Positions 28,032-38,262 of a stretch of 64,000 nt of DNA are shown here, piece after piece. Under the pieces are notes generated by a model that was not told where the DNA came from, made no database searches, and saw nothing but the letters and a program-made list of their open reading frames with translations. How positions within the stretch are numbered: position 1 is the stretch's first letter; every line of letters begins with the position of its first letter. This DNA is from a virus (taxonomy: Duplodnaviria > Caudoviricetes), in IMG/VR virus record IMGVR_UViG_2706795367_000001, positions 32,001 to 96,000 of that record; one strand, 5' to 3'. A program made the position numbers and the translations under genes.

Positions 28032-28516
28032 CTGACCGATACCCCGTTGAAGAGACGTGCGACTGCGCCTGGGGTTGCGAAAATCCCGACCATCCGAAGG
28101 GCGAGTCCAGATACTGCCCTCTGCCTGAAGATGACGGCACCATGCCGAATAATGTGGCCGAACTCGCCGGGCATGTCGTCGGACGCCGCATCGTCTCGGC
28201 ACAGAAGGAGAAAGTCCAGACCGGGCGCTGGTACGGCGAATCGGAATGCTTCGTCATCACGCTCGACGACGGCAGCCGGGTCGCCCTAGTCGATAGCGGC
28301 GACTGCTGCGCGTACACGACGCTGGAGAACTTCCTCCTCCACCCCGAGTTGGTGGATCACGTCATTACCGGCGTCGGCACCACGGGCGGATACGAGCGAT
28401 GGCACATCTACGCCGACCTTGGGGACGTGCTGGAGTTGGATGTCTCCTGGAGTCCGGGTAATCCGTTCTACTACGGTTACGGATTCGATTTCGTCGTCCT
28501 CCCGGTCGACGAATGA
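28028..28516 (+). CDS. Hypothetical protein
   Basis: DCCA motif; GTGA overlap. Confidence 0.65.
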   Translation: MTDRYPVEETCDCAWGCENPDHPKGESRYCPLPEDDGTMPNNVAELAGHVVGRRIVSAQKEKVQTGRWYGESECFVITLDDGSRVALVDSGDCCAYTTLENFLLHPELVDHVITGVGTTGGYERWHIYADLGDVLELDVSWSPGNPFYYGYGFDFVVLPVDE

Positions 28517-28683
28517 CCGACTACATCCTCTCGTACGACCGCAAAGATGTGCGCTACGAGGTCCACTACGGGGACAAAACCGAGGTGTTCACCTCCCCGT
28601 ACATCACTCAACTGTGGTCGTGGCTGGGTAACACCATGGAGCCGGGCGACACCCTTCACTGGCTCTCCGGAGGAGATGACTAA

Positions 28684-28923
28684 ATGCAAACCATCAAATA
28701 CTTCTTCAGCGCACTGCGCGAATACTGGAGCTGGTGGGTCGTGGTCGACTGGGCGCTCGCCGCGACCTGGTTCGTTCAGTACGGGTTCACGCTGGACTTC
28801 GATCACTTCCTGATCGGCCTCCTGATGCTCACAATGGGCATGGGTCAACTCGCCCTGAATGCGAGCGAGGGCTACTCCGAACTCCTTGAATCCCAGATCG
28901 AGGAGCTGGTGGCTGAGCAATGA
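28684..28923 (+). CDS. Membrane protein
   Basis: Two TM segments. Confidence 0.6.
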   Translation: MQTIKYFFSALREYWSWWVVVDWALAATWFVQYGFTLDFDHFLIGLLMLTMGMGQLALNASEGYSELLESQIEELVAEQ

Positions 28924-28962
28924 CCGGCCTCGACGCCCCGAACTTCCAGAAAGCGAAAGTGA

Positions 28963-29346
28963 ATGAAGAAACTCATTACCGCGGCGGTGGCCGCTGCCGC
29001 CATCATCGGCCTGTCCGCTTGCTCCTCTGATGCCGATGTCGCCTCGGAGAACCTTTCCAAGGCGGCCGACAACTTCCAGGTCCCTCGCCGGATCGTGTTC
29101 TTCAACGGCATCACCGACAAGTACCTGCTGGAGATCCAGGGCTTCTGCTCGATCAATGCCGATACGGGCTCAAAGAAACTTGACGTGACCTGCAAGGTCA
29201 ATGACGGCTACAAGAAGCATTTCCTGGGCCTGTCGGACAACGTGTCGTATTTCGTGGAGCAGATCAACGGCGCGAATGTCAGCACCGACTTCTACCAGGT
29301 AAATTTCAAGCCGGCTTCCATCCTGCCGGATGTAGAGTTACGGTGA
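28963..29346 (+). CDS. Conserved phage lipoprotein
   Basis: LSAC lipobox; RRIVFFNGITD, YKKHFLGLSDNV. Confidence 0.8.
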   Translation: MKKLITAAVAAAAIIGLSACSSDADVASENLSKAADNFQVPRRIVFFNGITDKYLLEIQGFCSINADTGSKKLDVTCKVNDGYKKHFLGLSDNVSYFVEQINGANVSTDFYQVNFKPASILPDVELR

Positions 29347-29545
29347 TCGACCGCCCTGTTCCTCGGATGGTCGTAGTAGACCGCGCCGAGGCCGCAGGCT
29401 AGGCACTGGGTTCTCCCGGTGGCCGCCGCGCTGTAGTACGCGCGTAAGAAAAAGTGATGGGCCTGATTCCGTAACTCACGGTCTAGGGTGGCAACCTTTC
29501 CCGACGGGGATTAATAGCCGCAAACTTCCTTCTTAAGCCGCAGGA

Positions 29546-30505
29546 TTGCGCAAACCCCAAGGATTCTTCATTACCGCGAAGATCACTTTCTCGGGAACGA
29601 TCCCATGTCAACAGTACGGCAACGTCGTCCCGACTTTCGAGATAACGGCCGATACGCACGAGGATGCGGTTGAACTCGGTCTGCAGAAATTGCAAGACAT
29701 CTGGAACCGCGTCGGAACAAAACCTCTGGATATCGACAGGGGCCAGCCCCAGCAGGTGCCGGCCAAACCCACGGGCGTCATCAAAAAGTGCCGAGTGTCC
29801 GGGGCTGAGGTCATTTTTGACCCGGTCGCCCACACTTATCACGACAAGCAGGGTCGCAAGTACCGCGGCGGCTCCAGCTTCGCTGCCGAGTACAAAAGCC
29901 CCTTCGAGGCGGACATTATCTCCGGGAAGATGGCGGCCAAGCACGGCGTTCCCCAGGAAGACATCCTGGCGATGTGGAAGCTCAACTCGGAAGCCTCCAC
30001 CACGTTCGGGACATCCCTCCACGCGGCGTTGGAACTCTATGGCCGATACCTGGAGCTGTCCAAGATCCTCAAGGACGGTACTGACGAGTCCTGCCTGACG
30101 AAGAACCCGGTGCTGCGGCCGATCGTCCAGAAGTTCTTCACCGAGGAGCGCATCGCGGAGAAGGCCTACTACGAGGAATTCGTGGCCGACCCCGACACAC
30201 TCTCTTGTGGATTGATCGACCGGCTGGTCGTCGACGACGATGGCCTGTGGGTAGAGGACTACAAAAGTAACGCGTCGGTAACGGATAAAAAAGAGACGTA
30301 CCTAGCTCCGTTTAAGGACCTTGTCGAGCCTAATGCGCTCGGCGGCTACGTTATACAGCTTAGCTACTACGCCGCGATCCTCAAGAAATACGGCCGCAAC
30401 GTCAAGGGCCTCCGCATCCATCACTGGGATGGCGAGGACTGGACTACTTATGAGCGGGAAATGATCGACATTTCCGGGGAACTTAAGTCCATCAAGGAGA
30501 ACTAA
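29546..30505 (+). CDS. PD-(D/E)XK (RecB/Cas4-like) exonuclease
   Basis: GTSLHAALE, GLIDRL, EDYKS, QLSYY. Confidence 0.85.
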   Translation: MRKPQGFFITAKITFSGTIPCQQYGNVVPTFEITADTHEDAVELGLQKLQDIWNRVGTKPLDIDRGQPQQVPAKPTGVIKKCRVSGAEVIFDPVAHTYHDKQGRKYRGGSSFAAEYKSPFEADIISGKMAAKHGVPQEDILAMWKLNSEASTTFGTSLHAALELYGRYLELSKILKDGTDESCLTKNPVLRPIVQKFFTEERIAEKAYYEEFVADPDTLSCGLIDRLVVDDDGLWVEDYKSNASVTDKKETYLAPFKDLVEPNALGGYVIQLSYYAAILKKYGRNVKGLRIHHWDGEDWTTYEREMIDISGELKSIKEN

Positions 30506-30825
30506 TGAGCGAACTCGGGCAGAAACTCATCAATGAGATTCGCATGGTCGCCGCGGGCAATCCCGACTACGTTTACAGGGACGATAATCCCAGCTGTGAA
30601 TATGTTCGCGGGGGTAGTCCATCTTGCCTCGTCGGTCATGGGTTGTGGCGACTCGGCCTGATCGATGCGGAGTTTGAAACCAATCGGCTCAATGTCGAAG
30701 TGTTCGACCACCTCTGGGCCGAACTCGGCCTGGAAATGGACGAGGAAGAGGTTGACTGGGTTCAGATGGTCCAGGAGCGGCAAGACGCCGGCCGCACCTG
30801 GGGTGAAGCGGTGGGCATCTCATGA
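30505..30825 (+). CDS. Hypothetical protein (paralog of 38821)
   Basis: WVQ.VQ.RQD.G.TWGEAV shared. Confidence 0.65.
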   Translation: MSELGQKLINEIRMVAAGNPDYVYRDDNPSCEYVRGGSPSCLVGHGLWRLGLIDAEFETNRLNVEVFDHLWAELGLEMDEEEVDWVQMVQERQDAGRTWGEAVGIS

Positions 30826-31097
30826 CGGCGCCCATCTTCTCCCCGGTCGAGTTCAGCCTCTCGGAATTCGAGTTCACCGTCCCTTGCGGGATCGAGGGCT
30901 GCGACCACGACGCCGATTGGATGAGCTGGGGAGACCACTCCGCTTTCGGCTGCCCAGGGTATGGCCCGGTGTGTGAATGGCACCGCCGCCTCACCTTGCG
31001 CTACGTCGAAGGCATCGAGGGACAGGTCGGGCCCTGCAGCCGCTGTAAGCAGCCCCGAGTAATCGGGCCGGATGAATTTAGGTTTATCGAACTGTGA
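30822..31097 (+). CDS. Cys-rich hypothetical protein
   Basis: Coupled ORF. Confidence 0.55.
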   Translation: MTAPIFSPVEFSLSEFEFTVPCGIEGCDHDADWMSWGDHSAFGCPGYGPVCEWHRRLTLRYVEGIEGQVGPCSRCKQPRVIGPDEFRFIEL

Positions 31098-31525
31098 GCC
31101 TTTCTCGACCCTCGACACCGCGTAGAGAACCCGAGAAGCCAGCCGAAAAGGTGGACCTCAGCCCGCCGACCGCCGCCGACGACCTCCTGCCCGTAACGGT
31201 GGAACGTCGCATTCAGGAGTTGGTCGGGGCACTCGATACGGCACTCGAAGGCTGGCGCACCCTCTTCGGGGAGTACAAGCGGGCCGAGCGCGAGTACGAC
31301 GCGGCCTACGCCATGGCGAAGATCAACGTCGATAAGGACGTGCCGTACAACGACCGCGGTCAACACGCCCAGCTCGCAGTGATGGAGCAGCGCGAGGCCA
31401 AGGATATTGCCGAAGAGGCCTTGAAATACGCCGAGCATCGGCTGGACGCCATCAAAAAGGCCCTGTCCGCCTGGCAGTCAATCGCAAACAGCGTACGAAC
31501 GGCGTATCAAAACTCTGGCCGATAG
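31094..31525 (+). CDS. Helical coiled-coil protein (possible recombination mediator)
   Basis: All-helical; near the exonuclease. Confidence 0.55.
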   Translation: MSLSRPSTPRREPEKPAEKVDLSPPTAADDLLPVTVERRIQELVGALDTALEGWRTLFGEYKRAEREYDAAYAMAKINVDKDVPYNDRGQHAQLAVMEQREAKDIAEEALKYAEHRLDAIKKALSAWQSIANSVRTAYQNSGR

Positions 31526-31533
31526 AGCTTCCT

Positions 31534-32151
31534 ATGAATGAGTGCAAATTGCCTGAGTGTGAGAAATCAGTTCTCGCCAGGGGGTATTGCGGCATGCATT
31601 ACGCGCGATTCAAAAGGACTGGCGACCCGCGCGGGCTCAAGCGGTTGCCGCCACTCGAACAATTTTGGTCGCAAGTCGACAAAAACGGGCATGGCGGGCG
31701 CTGGCTGTGGACCGCTGGATTACGCGGCGGGTACGGGGCGTGCTCCAGCAAGGTTGTGCCCAGCGGGTCCACGCTGGCTCACCGTGTCGCGTACGAGCTG
31801 AAGCACGGGCCGGTCGAAAAGGGGCTTCACCTTGATCATCTGTGTAGAGTTCCCGCTTGCGTCAATCCTGACCACCTGGAGCCCGTGACACCCGCCGAGA
31901 ACACCCGCCGCGGCTTGCGTGGAGAATTGCGCACCCATTGCGATAACGGTCACGAGCTATCCGGCCATAACGTCATGATGTCACGGGACGGAGTTAGGCG
32001 GCGCTGCCGCGCATGCCACTACTCGTTCACCAAGAAGCGTCGATACACCGAAGAGTATCGAGCGACCAAGCGGAAGCCCTGCCAAGGTTGCGGGGGGCCG
32101 AAGGAATCGGGTTGGCGGCGGAAATTCTGCGATGCCTGCCTCGCGAGCTGA
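31534..32151 (+). CDS. HNH endonuclease
   Basis: AHRVAYEL, LDHLCRVPACVNPDHLEPVT..EN. Confidence 0.88.
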   Translation: MNECKLPECEKSVLARGYCGMHYARFKRTGDPRGLKRLPPLEQFWSQVDKNGHGGRWLWTAGLRGGYGACSSKVVPSGSTLAHRVAYELKHGPVEKGLHLDHLCRVPACVNPDHLEPVTPAENTRRGLRGELRTHCDNGHELSGHNVMMSRDGVRRRCRACHYSFTKKRRYTEEYRATKRKPCQGCGGPKESGWRRKFCDACLAS

Positions 32152-32203
32152 ACCGGTCGGTTCAAACGGCCTACCTCAACGCAAGATAAACGAAAGGGTT
32201 GTC

Positions 32204-32857
32204 ATGACCCGACCTCGACTCCTTGACCTATTCAGTGGAGCAGGTGGAGCGGGCATGGGGTATTACCGCGCCGGATTCGACGTGGTCGGCGTGGATATCG
32301 CCCCCCAGCCCAACTACCCATTCGAATTCCATCAGGCCGATGCGCTGGAATACGCCACTGCTCACATGCACGAGTTCGACGTCATCCACTCCTCGCCCCC
32401 CTGTCAGTCTCAAACGGCCCTCACCAAGGGGACCAATAAGGCGATGGCGGGCAAGTACCCGAACTTCATTCCGCAAACCCGGGAGTTGTTGGCGAAGTTC
32501 GATGGCCCGACGGTCATCGAGAACGTCCAGGGCTCGGAGATTCGCCCGGATCTGATCCTCTGCGGGGAGATGTTCGGCCTCGGGGTGATCCGCCACCGAC
32601 ACTTCGAGCTCAATGTCAAGGTGCCCAAGATTCAGCACATCAAGCACCGTGGCCGAGTGGCCGGCTGCCGGCACGGGAAATGGTATGACGGCCCGTACTT
32701 CGCGGTATACGGCGAAGGCGGCGGCAAGGGCACCGTCGAGCAGTGGCAGCAGGCCATGGGCATCGACTGGACCAACGTACGCAAGGAGATCGCGGAGGCG
32801 ATCCCGCCCGCTTATAGCGAGTACATCGGTAAGCATCTCATTGAGCATGTCGCGTGA
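32204..32857 (+). CDS. DNA cytosine-C5 methyltransferase (short form)
   Basis: DLFSGAGG (I), SPPCQ (IV), IENV (VI), RHR (VIII), AIPP (X). Confidence 0.88.
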   Translation: MTRPRLLDLFSGAGGAGMGYYRAGFDVVGVDIAPQPNYPFEFHQADALEYATAHMHEFDVIHSSPPCQSQTALTKGTNKAMAGKYPNFIPQTRELLAKFDGPTVIENVQGSEIRPDLILCGEMFGLGVIRHRHFELNVKVPKIQHIKHRGRVAGCRHGKWYDGPYFAVYGEGGGKGTVEQWQQAMGIDWTNVRKEIAEAIPPAYSEYIGKHLIEHVA

Positions 32858-33177
32858 ATGAAAAGGAATGTCGGCGCATCGTCCAGGATCGCGCTGACGG
32901 CCTTTGTGAGCGCTGCGGCCGGGGCGGGGGCCTAACCCTCCATCACCGCAGAAATCGCTCCCAGATGCCCAAGAACCGCCACTGGGAGCCCGCAAATTCA
33001 GGTTCCCTATGCGGAGACGGAACTAGAGGCTGTCACGGCTGGGCAACAGTCAACCCGAAAGCCGCCGCGGAGGAGGGCTGGCACGTGAAGCCCTGGGAAG
33101 AGCCCGCTGAAATCCCCGTCCGCTACCGCGGCGAATGGGTTCTTTTAGGCCAGGACGGCTCGATAAACAAACCATAG
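32854..33177 (+). CDS. HNH endonuclease
   Basis: CERC, HHRRNRSQ, N...LCG..GCH. Confidence 0.8.
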   Translation: MNEKECRRIVQDRADGLCERCGRGGGLTLHHRRNRSQMPKNRHWEPANSGSLCGDGTRGCHGWATVNPKAAAEEGWHVKPWEEPAEIPVRYRGEWVLLGQDGSINKP

Positions 33178-33185
33178 GAGAAGCG

Positions 33186-34920
33186 ATGACCGCTCCGGTG
33201 ACCATCTCCGTAACCGAGATGGAAGAGATGTTCTCCTGGGAGATCCCTTGCGGAGGAAATCGCTTTCCCTTCGCCCGGGAGTGCCCGGAGCAGGCCGCGG
33301 CCACCCTGGTGAACTCCCACTCCATCGGGTGCGAGGGCGACAAGCCGGTTTTCTATAAGTGCGACTTCTGCTATTCGATCTGGCTGCGCGGCCACCGAGA
33401 CAAGAAGGTTACCGCGATCACCTGCCTCTGCGGACTTGTAATCCCCTTGGAAGACCTTTACGTGAGGATCTGATGCACAAGCAAACCACCCTCGCGCACT
33501 GGTCGGGTGAGATCGAAGTCGACGAGGGTATCGCCGGCCTCATTCAGAAACTCTGGGTTCGCGGGGTTCTGACCGAATTCTCCTGCCAAGGCCACGGGGA
33601 TAGCCCCGCCTACATCATGTTCACCGACCTGGCCGAGGCGATCGAATTCGCCACCGAATCGGTGGAGGCCACCGGAATGTACGAGTTCGACATCGCCGTC
33701 TTCCCACCGTCGAGAAACGACTACCCCCGCGGGCGGGTGACATTCCCCGCGGATTGCATCGAAGCATTGGAGAAGGTCTGGTGAGTGCGGAAACGGTCTC
33801 GGTCACCGAGTTGGAAGAAATGCTCTCCGACGAGATCCCATGTGGGGGCACCCGCTGGCCAACGGTCCGCGACTGCCCGAATCAGGCGACGGCAATGCTT
33901 GTCTCCAGACATGCGCTCGCCTGCCATGGGAACAGGAGCGCCATGAAGTGTTTCAGTTGCTACTCGATTTGGCTGCAGGCGGCGCTCAATGACGGCCGAC
34001 CCGTGCGATGCAGCTGTGGGTGGAGCACTCGCGCGACCGAGGTCTACACCCCCCTTTAAGGAGAAATTCCATGTACGGCAACTATGAGAACTTCGGCCTT
34101 ACCGAGGTCGTCGAGGCGTCCACCTATCGGGAGTACTACGACTGGCGTTGCCTCGGCGCTTGGTGGCATGAAGAAACCCAGTCCTATCGCGTCTCCACCG
34201 ACGGGGGTTGCTCCTGCTCCTCCCCGTGGGAGTATCACCGGGCGCTGGACGACTTCGGCCGCCCCCTGACCTTCGCTGAGGCCCGCAAGGCCATTCAGGA
34301 TGAGCACTTCGACGCGAATTGTTTCGACGAGAAGCTGCGCGCCATCGACAAGCTCACCGAATTCGAGCAGGCCCGATGAGACTTGAGGCGACCATTGACC
34401 TCGGGGGCGACTCCGACTGCGAAACCTGCGGATATTCGTACAACCACATCGCCTACACCTATGACACGGTGACGGGCCTCCACACGGCTAGTGCTCAGTA
34501 CGGCTGCACGGGGTCCGATGGCGTCAGCAATGCCGACGGGCGCGAGATGGTGAAATTCCTCGCCGCGCACCTCAACAACGAGGGTCGCGCCGAGGTCCAG
34601 GAGCTTATTGAATGGGTGAAGTCTCAATGAACCTTCAGTCCGGATCTCAAATCATCTACAAGCGTGGTGACGACGAATGGGAAGCGGTAGTCGACAGCGT
34701 TGAATACACCTCGTCAACCCCTGCCGTCTACGCGGAGTTGACGAGGCGGCAGAAGATCCTGCGCGCGCTCACCCCCAAGCGCTGGCGCAAGCCCATCCCG
34801 ATCGTCCGGGAGGCCCGGGGGCCGGAGATCCGAATCAACACCGTGGACATGTGGCACCAGCGGCGGCGCGATGAGCGACTAGCCGAATGGCTGGACGCGA
34901 CCTCGGCGCCCCACGAATAG
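33186..34920 (+). other. Six small coupled hypothetical genes (33186-33473, 33473-33784, 33781-34059, 34071-34379, 34376-34630, 34627-34920)
   Basis: Overlapping start/stop codons; 33186 and 33781 are paralogs (SVTE.EEM.S.EIPCGG). Confidence 0.6.
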
Positions 34921-34928
34921 GAACTGAT

Positions 34929-35882
34929 ATGGCCACGAAGCTGTGGGCAATGAGGGGCTTTAGCGGAAGCGGGAAGAGCCGCCGGGCCTGGGAAATCGCC
35001 AACCAGAACGACGCCGTCGTCGTCAACCGAGACATGCTCCGCATGCAACTCCTCGGCGAATGGTGGACGGGAGATAAAGAAGATGAGGATCGCGTTACGA
35101 CTGCCGAGGAGGCGCAAGTTGTCGCTTTCCTCAAGTCCGAGACCTCGGTCGTTATCGACAATACGCACATCAACCCTGCTTATCTCCGTAAGTGGGCGCG
35201 CCTTGCGACGCGTCTGGGTGTTGAGTTTGAGGTAGTCGACGTTCACGCCGACGTGGACGAGTGCAAGCGCCGCGCCTACCAGCGCTGGGAAAACGAGATG
35301 GGCACACCCCTCGCCCGGTATCTGGACCCCAAGGTGATTGAGCAGCAGGCCAAGCGCTTCCCCGTGGAGAAGTGGCCGGCGGTGACCGCGGAGCCGTTCA
35401 TTCCGGAACCTGTGGAATACGACGGCACCCTCCCCAGGGCCATCCTGGTGGACATCGACGGCACTGTTGCCAGGAACGTCAGTCGGTCGCACTACGACTA
35501 CACGAAAGTCCTCGAGGACGAGGTTCACGAGGAGATCGCCTGGTTGGTGAGGGTGCTGTTCTGGCTTCGGTACCCCACCCACAGCCAGGGGGAGCCCGAG
35601 ATCATCTTCATGTCGGGCCGCGACCACACCTGTTACGACGACACGGTTGCATGGCTGAATCAGCATGACATCCCGTTCGATCGTCTGATCATGCGCCCGG
35701 CCGACGCCAAGGATGAGCGCGGAAATAAGCTCCCCGATTACCTAGTTAAGTACCGGCTTTTCAATGAGCATATCCGGGACAAATTCGACGTTCTTTTCGT
35801 GCTGGATGACCGTCAGCAGGTTGTGGACATGTGGCGAAAACTCGGACTGAAATGCCTTCAGGTAGCCCCGGGGGATTTCTAA
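34929..35882 (+). CDS. pnk: Polynucleotide kinase/3'-phosphatase
   Basis: P-loop GFSGSGKS and NRD; HAD DIDGT, SGR, DDR motifs as in T4 PseT. Confidence 0.92.
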   Translation: MATKLWAMRGFSGSGKSRRAWEIANQNDAVVVNRDMLRMQLLGEWWTGDKEDEDRVTTAEEAQVVAFLKSETSVVIDNTHINPAYLRKWARLATRLGVEFEVVDVHADVDECKRRAYQRWENEMGTPLARYLDPKVIEQQAKRFPVEKWPAVTAEPFIPEPVEYDGTLPRAILVDIDGTVARNVSRSHYDYTKVLEDEVHEEIAWLVRVLFWLRYPTHSQGEPEIIFMSGRDHTCYDDTVAWLNQHDIPFDRLIMRPADAKDERGNKLPDYLVKYRLFNEHIRDKFDVLFVLDDRQQVVDMWRKLGLKCLQVAPGDF

Positions 35883-35985
35883 ATGGAATTTCTCAGAATG
35901 TGGTTAATGCTGGTGATCATTTTCTTATTATCGGCTATCGGCGCAAAGCTTGATCAGATCATCGAACTCCTTTCAAGGTAGGCCA

Positions 35986-36486
35986 TTGAGCGACGCTGCA
36001 AAAGGCAACCCCGGATACCGAAGCCAAGACAAAGGCCATAAGCGTAAGCCGTGCATCGATTGCGTAGCGGAGTCGGAGATTAACGGCACTCCGCTACCGA
36101 GGCGCAAGGCCCCCTACCCAGGGCCCCGCTGTCACACGCACTCGCGACTCAAGAAGAACCAGCGTAGGGACATGACTCGCGAGCAAAGGTGGGAAAGGGT
36201 CTATTCCATCTCTGCCGACCAGTACTGGGCGATTTATGAAGCTCAAAACGGATGCTGCGCCATTTGCCAGAAAAGCAAGGGCTTATCGAAAAAGTTGAGC
36301 GTTGATCACGACCACTCCTGCTGTAGCGGCCCAACTAGCTGCGGCAATTGCGTTAGATCACTTCTTTGTACGATGTGCAATCGATTCTTGGGACATATAG
36401 GGGACTCGGTGGAGGCCGCCCAAAGGATGGTCGACTATCTCGTCGACCCGCCCGGCCGAAGGGTCCTGGACAATTGGGAAGATTAA
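35986..36486 (+). CDS. Endonuclease VII-like
   Basis: QNGCCAIC, LSVDHDH, VRSLLCTMCN. Confidence 0.88.
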   Translation: MSDAAKGNPGYRSQDKGHKRKPCIDCVAESEINGTPLPRRKAPYPGPRCHTHSRLKKNQRRDMTREQRWERVYSISADQYWAIYEAQNGCCAICQKSKGLSKKLSVDHDHSCCSGPTSCGNCVRSLLCTMCNRFLGHIGDSVEAAQRMVDYLVDPPGRRVLDNWED

Positions 36487-37017
36487 GTGAGAACGTGCTC
36501 GATAGAAGGCTGCGATCGGCAGCGTAAATACTCCGAATGGTGCCAGACGCATTACCACCGCTGGTGGCGCACGGGATCATTGGAGATCTTGCCCAAGCCC
36601 GTGCGCGAGGATCTGACCTACTTCGGCGCCCACGGCAGGGTGAAGGCGTACTTCGGATCGGCCACCCAGTATTTGTGCGTCGAGTGCGGCGGGCCGGCGG
36701 CCGAATGGGCGTACGACGGCACCGATCCGTCGGAGAGGTCGTCCACGGTGAACTTCGAGGGCAAAGACTATCCGGTGAGTTACAGCGTGTGGCCCGAGTT
36801 CTACGTGCCCATGTGCTTCGGCTGCCATCGGCTGCGGGACGCGGGAGCGCGGGCGGCCAAGAGGACGCACTGTATCCACGGTCATGAGATGACGCCGGAG
36901 AACACCTACACGCGCCCTTCACGGCCGGGAACCCGGGAGTGCATCACTTGCCGAAAAGAAGAGTCGAGTCAGCGATATCTAAGAAAAAAGGCCGAACGAG
37001 CCAGGAGTAATTCATGA
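36487..37017 (+). CDS. HNH-like/Zn-finger protein
   Basis: CSIEGC..CQTHY, CVEC, CFGCH, HCIHGH..CITC. Confidence 0.65.
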   Translation: MRTCSIEGCDRQRKYSEWCQTHYHRWWRTGSLEILPKPVREDLTYFGAHGRVKAYFGSATQYLCVECGGPAAEWAYDGTDPSERSSTVNFEGKDYPVSYSVWPEFYVPMCFGCHRLRDAGARAAKRTHCIHGHEMTPENTYTRPSRPGTRECITCRKEESSQRYLRKKAERARSNS

Positions 37018-37244
37018 CCACAACCCCCTGCTTCGGGAAATCGGACATCTTCTGCGATGAAAACGAGAACGGCGGAAAGGGCGCCGCGGAGGCCAAGAAG
37101 ATCTGCTGGTCTCAATGCACTCGCCGAGAGAAGTGCCTCGAGGAGGCGTTAAGGTTCGAGGAACACGAGCCGGTGCGCCTCGGGGTGTGGGGCGGTCTCA
37201 GCGCCAATGAACGAAACAAGATCTACGGCCGAAAGTCTTCATGA
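37014..37244 (+). CDS. whiB: WhiB-family transcription factor
   Basis: Four Cys, AKKIC..C..C, GVWGGLSANER. Confidence 0.92.
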   Translation: MTTTPCFGKSDIFCDENENGGKGAAEAKKICWSQCTRREKCLEEALRFEEHEPVRLGVWGGLSANERNKIYGRKSS

Positions 37245-38041
37245 GTCAGTGCGCTGCATCTCCGAATTGTTCCAAGACTCCATCGAAGTTTAAGCGGGGC
37301 ATGTGCGGCGCCCACCATCGAGCTTATCTGCGGCGCGCCAGGGACGAGGGGGTGTGGCGGGGGCATGTGCCCGCTGGGCCAGTCCAGGAGCATCTAAAAG
37401 CCCTGGCCGATGCCGGGGTGAGCGCTCAACGCGTCTCGTGGGTTACGGGGTTAAGCCTGAACACTCTCCTTCAGATTCCCGAGCGGGAGACTCTTTGGTC
37501 GACGACCGCCGACAAGATTCTTGCCGTCCGGGTGGATGGGAATTTCCGCGAGGGCGGCAGGGGCATGATCCCCGTTCTTGGGTCTCGGCGGCGGCTGCAG
37601 TCCCTGCACTCCCGCGGCTTCACGGTCGCCCACTTGGCCGAGCGCCTCGGCATGAGTATTACCGCTACGACCAGAATTTTGCGCCCTGATGATCCGCGCT
37701 CGGTGGACAGGGTGGAGTCGGGGACGGCGCGCAAGATCGACGCCCTGTGGCGCGAGCTGCAACTTGCTGCCCCGCCACGGGGCGCGGCGTGCACCAAGGC
37801 TCGCAGGCGTGCGGCAAAGCTCGGCTGGCCGGACCCCCTGGCCTGGGAGGAGAACGAGATCGATGACCCGAGGGCCCGGCCCCGCATCGATCCCACCCTC
37901 CTCACCAAGGGGCGACTCGAGGAGTACAAGAGGCTCCGCGACGAGGGCCTCACCAAGAAGGAAATCGCCAAGCGGTTCGGCCTGAATGAATCCACTCTCT
38001 ACGACTGGATCAACCGCCAGAAGAAAAAGGGAAACCTATGA
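37241..38041 (+). CDS. HTH DNA-binding protein
   Basis: RRRLQSL..G and C-terminal LTKKEIAKRFGLNESTLYDW HTH. Confidence 0.75.
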   Translation: MSQCAASPNCSKTPSKFKRGMCGAHHRAYLRRARDEGVWRGHVPAGPVQEHLKALADAGVSAQRVSWVTGLSLNTLLQIPERETLWSTTADKILAVRVDGNFREGGRGMIPVLGSRRRLQSLHSRGFTVAHLAERLGMSITATTRILRPDDPRSVDRVESGTARKIDALWRELQLAAPPRGAACTKARRRAAKLGWPDPLAWEENEIDDPRARPRIDPTLLTKGRLEEYKRLRDEGLTKKEIAKRFGLNESTLYDWINRQKKKGNL

Positions 38042-38262
38042 GCATCTACTTCGAGATCCCCGAAGGGCAAATGATCGAAGGCGTATTCGAGGTGGGGTCC
38101 GGCGCCAACATCCGGGAATTAGCCCCCGGTAAGTATGCGATCCTCCCCGACCCCAACGCCCCCGCGGGGGGCTGGACCCCATTCAACGCCGACGGCGAGA
38201 TTGACTCCGAACGCCTCGCGGCCGAGGGCTGGGCGGTCCTCGGAACTATGCAGGAGGAGTAA

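Noticed and set aside
29462-29476. Bxb1-type stoperator
   Set aside because: Reverse strand GTTACGGAATCAGG has the wrong spacing and end compared with GTTACGnnTCAAG
29546-30505. Cas4 as evidence of CRISPR
   Set aside because: Stand-alone phage PD-(D/E)XK exonuclease without Fe-S cysteines or a cas context
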